From the NCBI RefSeq assembly GCF_024521635.1, contig NW_026250423.1, positions 124,001 through 188,000 on the forward strand: DNA of 64,000 bases, in the 5' to 3' direction. Below, in pieces: positions 50,229 to 61,903 of this stretch (the first letter of the stretch is position 1; each line of letters opens with the position of its first letter). A program made the translations under genes and the position numbers. Source of the DNA: Tricharina praecox (Eukaryota). Under the pieces are notes generated by a model, which was not told the origin of the DNA, did not search any database, and saw only the letters and a program-made list of their open reading frames with translations.

Positions 50229-52887
50229 TTACCCCAACAGAACTGTCGATCTGTACGTTAGTTGTTGTTGCTCGAGATTCATGAGGAGGAGGAGGAGGAG
50301 GAAAGTACGCACCCTCCCAGCCCCAGTGTTTCATCACTCCGAGCCAGTGGAGACTCCCTCTGATCGACACCTCGTAATCCCACTCGCCCTTCCGATGCTC
50401 GCGTAGTATATCGTCAGTACTGCACCTCTTCGCCCGCTGGGGCTCCGGGCGTCGGTTGTCCGGCTCGAACGCCGCGTCCCACGCAACCATAGCATCTGTC
50501 ATCGGCGTCGTCGTCGGAGATGCATACTTTGAGCGCGGTGATGAAGAGGGCGACAGCGTAGGCGACGGGGTTATGGCGGCATGGCGTGCCTGGAACGCAT
50601 CGCGGCGATACCACACCTCCTTGACGACCTGCCAGGCCTTGTCGATGTTCCCGATCCACATGCGATTCATCATGCCCTCCCATCGGTCCCTGACCCAGAT
50701 CCGCTCCTCGTCGCCGACGGCTTCGCAGCCGGCCGCGAGCAGCGGGTAGATGTGTACGATGCAGCAGCGGGAGCCCGGGGGGATGGAGGCGATCAGTCGC
50801 ATCACCTTGTCCGCGAGCTCGTGTGCATCCGGTGACGGCAGTTCCGGGACCGCCTGGTGGAGGTACAGGAGTGTTGCCCAGCGGTAGGCCTCGGCTGTGG
50901 TGATGCAATGTACCACGTCGCTAGACGGATCTTCGATCGGTTCGTAGTACTCCTGTACCTGCCACGATTCGAGTAGAAGCTTGAGATCCATGGCGGCAGC
51001 GATGATCCCCACCGAGTTCTTTTCGAGTTTTCGTACGCGCTGGACGAGACGGGCGGCTTGGCCGATCAGCGGGAAGAGGGTAGCCGCGCAACCGAGCAGT
51101 GGATCGATCGAGAAGGAGGAGATCAGGGGGGCGTAGGACATCTTTGGGTTCATGTTGTTGCTGTCTTCCTCGGCGTCGGATGTGAGCCCGGCGAGGACGT
51201 CCAGATACACCCACACGTTGTACAGGAACTGCAGCCGCTGGAATCCCTCGGAATTGACGCTCAGCGGAGAGATCCTGGCCAGGGCCTGATTGATCAAAAC
51301 CCTTGCACCGCGTAGGTGCTCGATTCCCGTCGAGATGTGAGTATCGAATGCCTCCGAGAAGGCCAGAACCAACGTAGTCCCCAATGCGGCATCTTCCCGG
51401 ATGTTTCCGTGGGAGAGACCCTGTGCCAGGAAGCGGATCGATCGGCGCATGTGTTCCATTCCTTCCACCCGCAGCTGTGGTCGCTGCCTCGACATATGGA
51501 ACGCGGTCATCGATGATATGGCGTGGTATAGGGCCTGCGAGTCGCGAGCCAGTGGCCAGATGAGGGTTCTCCATGGATTCTCCGTTGGACCGTCTTTGAT
51601 AGACATGATGCCGCATGTGTTTTTGTCGAAATAAGAGAGCAGCAGTTCGGGTGACTCCACCATCACTGCTGGCCGTCTGAAGACGTCCTGGAGGTGGACG
51701 AAATTCTCCCCCAGCGACGAGCGGGAGTCGGAGGAACACGACGACGCCATGGAAGGGGTCGGCGACGAAACCAATCGAGTCTGACTCGCGCCGCCTCGTA
51801 TCATCTCTTCGATTGCGTCGCCATCGACCTCGTTGACGCTTCCTCCTACCGAATATCGAGTCCCCGGAAGGTACAGTTCCGTCTCGTTCCCCACAAAGTC
51901 CAGCAACTCCTCGATGTGACCGACGGGTGATCTGCTCGCGATTTCCATCCCCATTTGATGGACATCAGCCTCCAGCGGTGCCCCAGGGGCGCCGATGCAC
52001 GTATCGCCGTAGAGCTCTTCTAGAAGGTCAACGTTAGTCGGCAGAGCCGTAGTTGGGGGCGGAGTCGGTAATCGATCCAGAGCGGTATCGGGGGTGATGT
52101 AAATCCGATCAACGTGGAAAACATCGTCCGTTGCGGTACTCGGACACTGCATTGGCCGCACTTGAGCGAACGGATTCTGTGACAGATCCAACTGCCCACC
52201 TCCACCCATTCGCACTGTTGCTGCTGCCGAGGACTTCTTGGACCTTTGAATCCCTCCTACACCGTCGTTTCAGCCAACTTTCGGAACAAACGATCCACAC
52301 GGAGGAGACACGAGGCCGGTACCTTTTCGTATGGTCTTGAGACTTTTCCCGGCTATTGCCGATTCCTCAAAGGGCCTCCATTTGAAATCCTTCTTGTAGC
52401 CTCCACAAGGCACGCTTCTCTTGTGACCTGACGACAACAATGAGCAAGACCGAATCTTGGATTCACGTATGTACTTGAGTGAGAAGTATGTACCGCTACT
52501 TACATTGGAGACATGTTGGTTTCGTTTCATCGCATTTTAACCGTTTAGCCTTGCATGTGACACATCCTACCAGTCATCGTCAGCGAGGAGCTGGAGGAAA
52601 AATCATCGTGACCATTGAGACTGGAATCGGAGCTGGAGGGCATCTTTTTCTTTTTTCTTCTATATTTTTTTCTTTTTTATGTGTATATGCACGATAAGAT
52701 CCGCAGTCAACATACCATTCCTACTCTTTGACTGCTTCGGTTTGGTGGCAGGACTGTCGGTGCCATCAATGGCGGATCTACCATTCTTCGATGGTATGTC
52801 GGAGACGATGCTGCTGCCAACGAGTGCATAAGAAGTGTTTGAGCTGGGAGGAGGAGGAGATTGTGACATGGTTTCCATTGACTGCAT
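50229..52887 (-). CDS. Zn(II)2Cys6 transcription factor with Fungal_trans_2-type domain, multi-exon
   Basis: Spliced KSRNG-CVTCKAKRLKCDETKPTCLQC-..RSVPCGGY; ENPWRTLIWPLA, YLDVLAGLT, IDPLLGC, YPLLAAGCE; final exon VLLG*. Confidence 0.92.
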
Positions 52888-55800
52888 CGGTTGACGGCCG
52901 ATGATGATAATGTTGTGAGCTAAGAAGCTGCAGCTAGCTCTCTCGCTTGAGGCGTATCTTGATTGAGACGGCGGCACAACGGGTGGAGACGATGTATGTA
53001 GGCAAGTACTTTGGTACGTTAAGGCAAAGCGAGGGGATTAATATAACGTCAAAGCAGCCGCCGTTGAAGGTGGTGAAGGTTGTGGTGGTAGTGGTGGTAG
53101 CAGTGGTGGTGGAGTATGAGTGATGGATCAAGGCGTGCGCGACGGCGATGCGAAAGCACCGGGTGGGCCGGCTATCAGTGGGTGGGTAAGTACTCTAGGT
53201 ACTTAATTTGGGTACTTACTCAGTCAGTCAGTTAGAGGTATGTACCTCTTGTATCTGGTATCTCTCTCGCAGTCTTGAGCCCGAGCAAACGGGCAAGTGG
53301 TGGTGGGGCGCGCGTGACGCTAGTCTGCAACTATTTCCGTGGGCATGTAGAGTACTGGGTTTCCCCAAGATGGCGATAACGTTACAGCGAGACCGTGAAG
53401 AATCGCGCCCTGTGCTTGTGCTGCCTCTCCTCCCCCGATCTTGGATCACCCGATGGACGATGTTTTTTTTTTTTTTTTTTTTTTTTGATTCTTGATTCTC
53501 TTTTTTGATTGTGTAAGTGAGAAATAAACAAGTATGAATGGTGTCCGGGAGAGAAATGTTGAGTGCAAATCACGGATGTCCGGTTGTCGAGTCCGAACGG
53601 TGTGCTGCTGCTCGTCTCGTGCTGTGCTTGTACTCGAACAGGAGGAGAAGAAGAAGGAGGCGGATGAGGACGAAGACGAGGAAGGGGTAGCGACGGCTCC
53701 GGACGTTGCAGGATACCGGTAGGTACGAGCGGGCAAGCGAGCAAGCGAGCGAATTGATGGATGCGAGAAGCCGATGCTGAACGGCCGTTCGAAGAGGGCA
53801 GAGCGTACATGCGTCGAGCAAGCAAGTACTTACCTGGGTATGTATCCTCCCGATCCAACTGCGAGATTATCTGCAGCAAACGTATGTAGAGTACCGGTAT
53901 GTAGGAAGGTATCGCTGTAGGGATGCTTCAACGGTTTCGAGCTTGACGATGGGTAGCTTCCTCGGATAAGTAGGAATCGTATGAGGTCCGGGTTCGACAT
54001 TACCGTAGGTGAGTAAGTAAATTCCTTGGGTATGCACCTCCTAGTAGTGTACCAACTGCAATTAATCGACTTCTTCTCTATCTCTCTCCGGGGCCTGGAA
54101 GGTTTGAGAGTTGAGACACGGGGGGGAGTGGGGGGAGCTCCCTACTTAGAGTGTGCACATACCACTATCCAACTACGGGGTGGGAGATTGTGGGGGGGAG
54201 GTTTCTTCAGATCCCAGTCGGCTAGTTGGATATGATATGTGCGAATGTTGGTTGCTGTTCGCTATGTATTGGGTGTTGGCCAAGATGTTGACGTGCGGCA
54301 AATGCCTGGAGACAAAAAAGTGTGGATCGAGACGTTCGGAGCCGGCGAGAAGATTGAAGGTTTTCGTTTCGAAGGATGGCGGCAGCGCGCGGTAGGTCTG
54401 TTCGAAGGTCAACAGCCGCTCTGGCGAGTACTCCACTCTACTTACCGAGTAAGTAGGACCTAGTAGATGTGAGGGGACCTGGGACCCCCACCGAGGTATA
54501 CGATAGTATTGCTTCTTCTTCTTCGGCTTCTCCCGCGTCTGGGCCTTTCTCTGCAGTTGTCCTGGCAGCGTCTCGATGTGTAGTTACGACCTGTCTATCT
54601 GCTAGGTGACTGGGCAGCAGGTGATAGCCAAGGAAAGCGAGGCCACGAACACGCAGAGAGCTGAAGAAATCAAGATGGCGAGGCCACGAGTAGCTTTACC
54701 AAGAGAGAGCGGGAGAAATCAAAGATCGCGAGTTGTCCTAACACACTTATTGCCCAACACTCGTTGCATTCAACAGGCACAACGGCGGCGCTTCCAGGAG
54801 ACTTATATCCACGACCGGCGGCCGGCCCATGGCTGATGTGATACTGCCAGTTATGTACCTACGGTGGTTAGCGAAGAAGACTTAAGAGATCGAGCGGTTT
54901 CCCTACTCACAGATGCCATCCATCCATCCTTCTCCCCGCCGCCGCTGTCTGTTTGAGTTTGGCCCCCAGTGAGGCCCAATCCATCAGCCACTGGTGGTGG
55001 AGATGCAGTCGGGGGTCCTCACAGCCTCAGAAGCTGCAGTCGAGCAGTGTGACGGTTGCAGGTATGCAAATAACTGGAAATAAACGCCGGGCTGGCGTGA
55101 TTGATTGGTTGGTGGGCACTGATTGAATATCATTATCGATTGGAATAATATGTAGTAGGTATGAAGGCAAGGTACTCAGTTAAGTGCAGCATGTGAGATG
55201 CCTCTCCTCTCGATGGGTTGGGTGGGAATCCGTGGGATCTCCGTGTTTCACTGCATTGCGCTGCCACGATAGGTACTGAAGCAGTGGGACCGGGGGGCCC
55301 TTTGGCAACTTTAAAAACAAAATACCTAGAGAGAACCGATTGTATTTCACGAGGGAGGAATCGACAAGTAAGAAAAGAGCCTCCTGTGTTCTTCAGGCGA
55401 TCCTAGGTAGAACCTCGCGAGTTGAATAGTCAGATCAAGACAAACAATAACGAGAAAGCACACTGATGAGATTGATGAAAGCGATAATGAGAGTGATGAA
55501 AGCAATGATAGACAGATGAAAACAGACAGACGAGCCGACAAAGTATATCATACAAGAGCTCTCTCTAAACGTTTAACCCCACCGAATCTGGTCTAGCCAG
55601 GTCGGCGAAATTTCACCGCTCGTGCATCTGCCATGCCCGCCGTTTCCGCTGTGTCCCATAGTCCTAGACAACACTCAACCATACGGGAACTCGGTGGTTC
55701 TTGCACACATGTATTGTACATACGGTAGAGCACCGTACCATAACCACCCATTTACTGCTCTATACCACAGGATATATCTCCTGTATACTTACATCCTGAA

Positions 55801-56418
55801 CGGCCAGTTCACCTCCAAATTAGCTGGTATGTACTAACAGGTACCTAGTACTACTCCCCACACCAACAGCCAGTGGACACACGCTTGTGCAAAGTGTGGA
55901 TCGCCATCATCCTTAACTAGTCACAAAGTTAGCCCATCTCGTCAGTCGTCTCCAAGACGCTGGGGACGTAACGTGTGCGATTATGCTAACTAACGCGTTC
56001 GGCGTTCGGTGGCGTCAAACAAAGCTGGCAAGTGCAGCCTCCAGCCTCAGGGACAACTCGACGCGTTCCGATGGATGGATGGATGGCGGCAATGCTGGTG
56101 AACGGCGGCAACTGAATTCCGGCCACCAGGGCAGGAATGATACTTACAGGTACCTACTGCCGACATACTTCGGTACCTAGTAGGTATGTCGGTAGGTACT
56201 CTAATATAATACTCCGATTGCTTGTTTCCACGCCGCCGCACGGCATGCTCCAGCCTCCAGTCCTCATACATATGCGGCCGGATATATAAATAACACAATG
56301 GGATTCATAACTACCGGTACACCGTACCGCATTAACCAGAAGCTCACGGAACGTCCGTGCAGAGTCCAGGCGAGGCAGAAATTCCCATCCGGAATCCGGA
56401 ATCTGCAGCTGGCGCAGT

Positions 56419-56472
56419 CCCACGTTCTCGGCCCACGTTTTCGGCCCACGTTTTCGGCCCACGTTCTCGGCC
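56419..56472. repeat. 13-bp tandem repeat x4 (CCCACGTTYTCGG)
   Basis: Directly visible. Confidence 0.9.
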
Positions 56473-58065
56473 ATCACAAACACAAACTTTGGAAGATGTG
56501 CGCCTCGAGTGAGCATTGGGGGGATTCTTGATCTTGCGTATAGGTATAGGTCTGACGGGCTATACTATAGGTAGTACCGGTATGTACCTACACTACACAC
56601 ATAGGCCTGACGGCGCTCGCCATTACTCTATTCGCGATCCCCGGTCATGGCGGGTGCTCTATACTGCGGACTATATACCGAACTCTGGTTGGAACCTTTC
56701 GAACCTCTGGAACCTTTTGCGCGGAAGATACTCTGCATACTCTACTCTAGACGAACACCAACAGACAATCTTTTTTTTCTACTGCGTCGTCCCAAATACT
56801 GGTACCTACTGGCCTGACTGCATGGGCTCAGTGCTCACCGAACAGGGCCAAGCGCCGGCATCAGGAGTCAGCAAGTCACAACTCGATCTTCCTCAAACCT
56901 ATTTTCATCTCGCACTACCACAGCGGCGCTGGCACAGCCGGGCTCGTTAAACACAACGTGATTTGTGCCCACTTCTTCCGATAATTGCAAAGATAGTTGC
57001 TCGGCGCCATGCTCCTCTGGCTTGTATCGAGATTCGAACCCCCCACCCCCGAAGTGGAGTGGAGTGTATGTCGACCGTCACCGCAGGCACAGGGAATACG
57101 AATGCCCCCTCCCCCCAGTGACATCACGTCCACCGGATTCGGCCAGCCAGCCGGGAGATTCACATATCACATCACATCTCCACTCTTCCACAGCCTGTAG
57201 TCTACGTACTGCAACATCGTCTTCGAGCGCTGTCCACTGTCCAGTGCCCAGTGACTGATGTGGGTGTGCGTGTGTGCGGCAACTGCAAGGCCCAAAGGAG
57301 TCGGTATCGTAACTGTCGTTGCCAGGCCTACCCGCGCCCAGACGCTCGAGAGACTTCCCGCCGTGCATACATCTATGCTAGCAGCGCTTGCCCTTGCATA
57401 GCGGGCTGCCTTCCGCCGACTAACTACATGGTTGATGGTGCATACCCGCTTGACCGCCGTATGTAGCTGTCACGCTTTCCCACATTCACATCCGCCTCCC
57501 GCCATCCGCCTTCCTCAGCGCGCACCGTTTGTTTCCCTTCCCTTCGACTCGACTCGACTCCTTCGAAATCGAATGACCACGTGGGACCCTGCAGCATTAT
57601 CACCACGCCGCCGTAACGCATTCGCTGCCCTGCCCTGCCATGCCCTTCCAAAACGTGAGTCGACCCGGTTTGGGCCGCCACGTTGCGGATAGCCGTGGAT
57701 ACATACCGGTACCTTGTACGCAGACGTGTGCATGTGCATTGTGCATTTGTGCTTCAGTCTCCAGTGCGGAACCGTTGCAGGGGGTTTGGGGAATTAGGAA
57801 TGAGTGGTCTCGAACGTATAGTGGTTCCGTGAGCCATGGAGAGAGAGAGGGAGATATTGGAGGAAATGACATCCACATACCAAAATCCTGCCGCCATCTT
57901 GAAATGTTTCATAATCGATCGATTAAGCAAGCAAGCCGTGCGCGGGATGATCGTTCCTTCACTCCTTCGCTCCTTCGCTCCTTCGGTCGTCTAGTCGGTC
58001 GTCAGTCGTCGGCGCACCGATAGGTACTCGAGCTTCTATTTCTCCGAATCACCCACTCCCCCATC

Positions 58066-58115
58066 CCCCACACCCCACACCCCACACCCCACACCCCACA
58101 CCCCATACCCCACCC
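58066..58115. repeat. (CCCCACA)n heptamer repeat
   Basis: About 7 units; G4-competent on the minus strand. Confidence 0.9.
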
Positions 58116-59667
58116 CCGTTGCCGACCAGTTAGTTGCATGTTATCCGTGTTATCTACAGTACATAACGCAACATGCGATCCGATCGATCTCGCATTGGAA
58201 GGAAAGACTTATCAATGCAATGCATCTAACCTCCTCGCAACCGTTATGTGTTCTGCCCCCCGCCCGGGAAAGCCGCAGCAGACGTGACTCGGTCAACCGC
58301 CACTTGCATGCATTAGATACACCTAGATACACGCAAAGAGCTGCGGAAGCTGGGGCCAGCCATACCATACCATACCATGCCATGGTTTTGCTTTCGCATC
58401 GCATCCGTCACTGTCACTGTCAGACCTACAGCCGTTAGCCGGGTTTCGATTCGACTCGTTTGCGGATTTCACGGCCTGTTGCACATGATGGTCGATGGAT
58501 TGGATTGGATTGGATTGATCCTGGTCCTGGTCCTGGGAGAAATCCAATACCACATATGCATACACACGAGAGGACTACACACGAGAGGACTCAACGAAGA
58601 CTATCACTTCTTGGCGAGCTGGTTGCCTATCACTCAATCAAATCACTCCCGAGCACGGTACGGTACCTCAACGGTGATTTGGACTTCCATCTACCTAGCT
58701 CAGGGCTGGCTGGCGGGAAATTGACAAATTGTCGTCCTTGGCTATGCTGTTGGGTCCCCGAGTCTGAATCTGAATGCAGCACTGCTGGGCGTGGATATAG
58801 CCGCTTAGCTCACGCTGATTGATACTTACTCATCCGAGTCGCCGATGGGGCGGGCGGGGGGGAGGGGACTGGGAGTACGAGATCGTGATATAGCTAGATA
58901 CTATGTCTTGTAGCTAGTCTCACGAGAGGGCGGCTTGGTGGGACGTATGTAGGTGATGGTGATAGTGATCAACACGAGGGTGGTCTTGACATGTTGGGGG
59001 AGTGCGGGAATGGCTGGATATTGATTACCTATCAATCTTAATTTCATCGAAGGAGTCAGTGGTGGGAAAAGTCGAACCACACGAGTGCATTGCAGCACTG
59101 GCTCAATCACTGCAGATATTTCTGATCCGCTGTATAGTAGGCGGGCATCTCGTAATTGTCCGTTATTTGCTGATGGTTGCTGGTTGGTGATTGCTGGTTG
59201 CTGGTTGGTGATCGCTGGTTGCTGGTTGGTGGTGCTGCTAGTACACTGCAACATAGGAAGTCACTCGATGGATGACTTGCTATGCAGTGAATGTGTATTC
59301 TGAATTTCCGCATTCATCGCTATGGCCAATCTTTGCGTGCATCTATGGTGAACAGCGATACCGACAGCGAACGATAACAAAGGACATACCTCACACTTCC
59401 GATTGACACCCGCGAGTGAGAACCCCATGGACACTTATCATCGTGTTCACGTGCCCCACTAGCCAGCCAACCAGCCAACCAAACAAAGAGCCATGCACAG
59501 CGTGCCCCTCACCCCCGACCCCGGCCTCGGCCGGGGGGCCAAAAAGCAATCCGCGATCCGCCACCAGCGACCACTACATATTTATTCCCATCCACGCGTC
59601 CCGCAAAACATCCCTTCCACCAGATCCAGACCCAGATTCAGATCGATCCACCAGCAATTAACCAACC

Positions 59668-60629
59668 ATGACGTCCGTCTCCGCCGTCGTCGTCCCCGCC
59701 GCAAAGCGGCTCACTTCTACGTGCGACCTCACTACCGACGGCAGAAACGGATGTAAAGCTAATGGTCGCGCAGCTTGATCTTCATGCACGGCCTTGGTGA
59801 TACCGGGCACGGATGGTACGCACGCGCACCTGGCGAGTGAGATGGCGGGGCGGGGGGATAGAGCTGATGCGATGCGTGCGATAGGGTCTCGGTCTCCGAG
59901 AACTTCCGCCTGCGGCGGAAATTCGACGAGTGCGCGTTCATCTTCCCGCACGCGCCGAGCATTCCGATTACCGTGAACATGGGGATGCGGATGCCGGGAT
60001 GGTTCGACGTCGTAAGCTCCCCCCTCTTCCCCCCGTAAACAGTGTGAATGGACGTGGGTGTTTAGCTGAACAGTTGATGCGCCGGAAGACGTCGTTCGGC
60101 GATATCTCGCACAAGGAGGACGAGGCGGGGATCATGAAGAGTGTGGAGCTCCTGCATAAGATCATCGATGAGCAGATCGCGAAGGGAGTCGCGAGCGAGC
60201 GCATCGTTGTCGGAGGGTTCTCGCAGGGCGGCGCTATTGCGCTCTTGGTACACTGCTCCCCTACCCTCACCCCACGTTCCTTTGTTTATCCACATCCCGC
60301 TAACGATGGACGAGCGATAGGGCGGCATCTCCTGCCCGCACAAGCTGGGCGGAATAGTGGCGATGTCGACGTGGCTCGCGTGCCACGACAAAGTCAGCAC
60401 TCTGGTGCAGGACGCGAACAAGGACACGCCCATTTTTATGGCGCACGGAGAGATCGATCCGCTCATTCGTATCGAGTGGGCGGAGCAGTCGAGGGATATC
60501 CTAATCAAGGATTACGGGAAAAAAATCGAGTGGCACTCGTACCCCAACCTTGAGCACTCCGCCGACCCCCAGGAGATCAATCACCTCCAGATGTGGCTCG
60601 AGAAGAGGATTCCGCCGCTTGGTATGTGA
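59668..60629 (+). CDS. Acyl-protein thioesterase 1 / lysophospholipase, multi-exon
   Basis: LIFMHGLGDTGHGW, FIFPHAP.IPITVNMGMRMPGWFD, GGFSQGG, FMAHGEIDP, LEHS. Confidence 0.95.
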
Positions 60630-60976
60630 TCTGTGAGAGTGAGAGTGGGGGAGTGGGGAAGCTAATGTTGGAGTACAGACACGTAGATGGGCAGTGATAC
60701 CGCAGCTGGTTGGCGGTGGAGGAGGAGGAGGAGGATACAAAGACCCGGAAGTGGACCGATACCTAGATGATTATCTACTATATACCGGACATACGCATCA
60801 CGTGCACGGATTCCCAGTCAAGTATTCAAGCCAAGTGCAATCTTCAAACTTCAACTTCGCAGCCGTGTAGTACAATTCATATCTCGTATCAAGCCATCAA
60901 ACAAACCCATCCCATCCCTATGCCATCCCACCCCATCCCACAAAACAGAAGAAAAGAAACCCTGAATCCATCCCCT

Positions 60977-61201
60977 TTACGACTCGTTCAAAGTCTTGAC
61001 CTTCTCCTCCCTCTCCTCCCTAGTTCCGAGCTCGCTCTCGAACGGCTTAGTATCCTTGGGCAGGACGGGGCCGGGGTTGGCCTGGAGATCCTGCACCTGC
61101 GCCTTCTCGTCCTTGCCGCCGGGGACCGACGCCTGCTGCTTCGGGTCCGTCTCGCCGTGCTTCGCAGGCTGCTGCATGATGCCTGGGACGATGAGGGGCA
61201 T
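60977..61201 (-). CDS. Small hydrophilic 74-aa protein
   Basis: CACC-ATG context, upstream TATAA (plus-strand ttata about 61350), biased codons; MPLIVPGI..ANPGPVLP..GTREER resembles small conserved fungal proteins. Confidence 0.7.
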   Translation of the reverse strand: MPLIVPGIMQQPAKHGETDPKQQASVPGGKDEKAQVQDLQANPGPVLPKDTKPFESELGTREEREEKVKTLNES

Positions 61202-61903
61202 GGTGAGTGTTTGTGTGTGTGGTTTGTGGTTTTGTATAGATGTGGGGTTTGTGTAGTTCGTGCAGTGATATTGGTTGTGGTAGTTGTGAGGATGGTATCG
61301 ATGAGATGGAGCTGGAAATGGAGCTGCTGGAGGGGCGGATGGTGCGTGCTTATAAGGTGACGTGGGATACAGGGGGGGAGTTAACTACCTCCCTCCGCCC
61401 CCCACCGCGCCCCACCAGGCTATGACGCAGTTTGTTACACGAGCGCTCAAAGCTCCGAGCTTGCAGCTTGCAGCTTGGAGCTGTGGTAGGGATTCCACTC
61501 CAACCTCCAGCTTCCGATCATGGCAGGAAAATAAAGTCACCGGACGACGATGATGATGCTGATGATGTCTCAACCTATCCAAGTTCCGGAACTCCGGTTC
61601 TATGTATCCCAGCATTCTAGTAAAATCGAGAAAAATGGCCGTATGTAGAAAACAGAAAAGAAAAAATAATAACGATGAAAGAATGAAAAATGAAAGAAAA
61701 AAATGGCAAGGAAACAAAAACAAACCCTTCACTCAACACTTCTCCCCCATATAATCAATGAAATATTGCTCTTAGAAATGCCAGCAGTCAAAAAAAAATA
61801 ACAGCAGTGTACCCCCATCCCATCTCTCGTATCCATAGCATCCATCGCATCGCATCCGTCCCATCCCATCGTAACGTAAACAAATCCGTCCCGAAAGAAC
61901 CTA

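Noticed and set aside
53950..54010. GGTTCGA T-loop-like motif suggesting a tRNA
   Set aside because: No acceptor stem or cloverleaf could be built.
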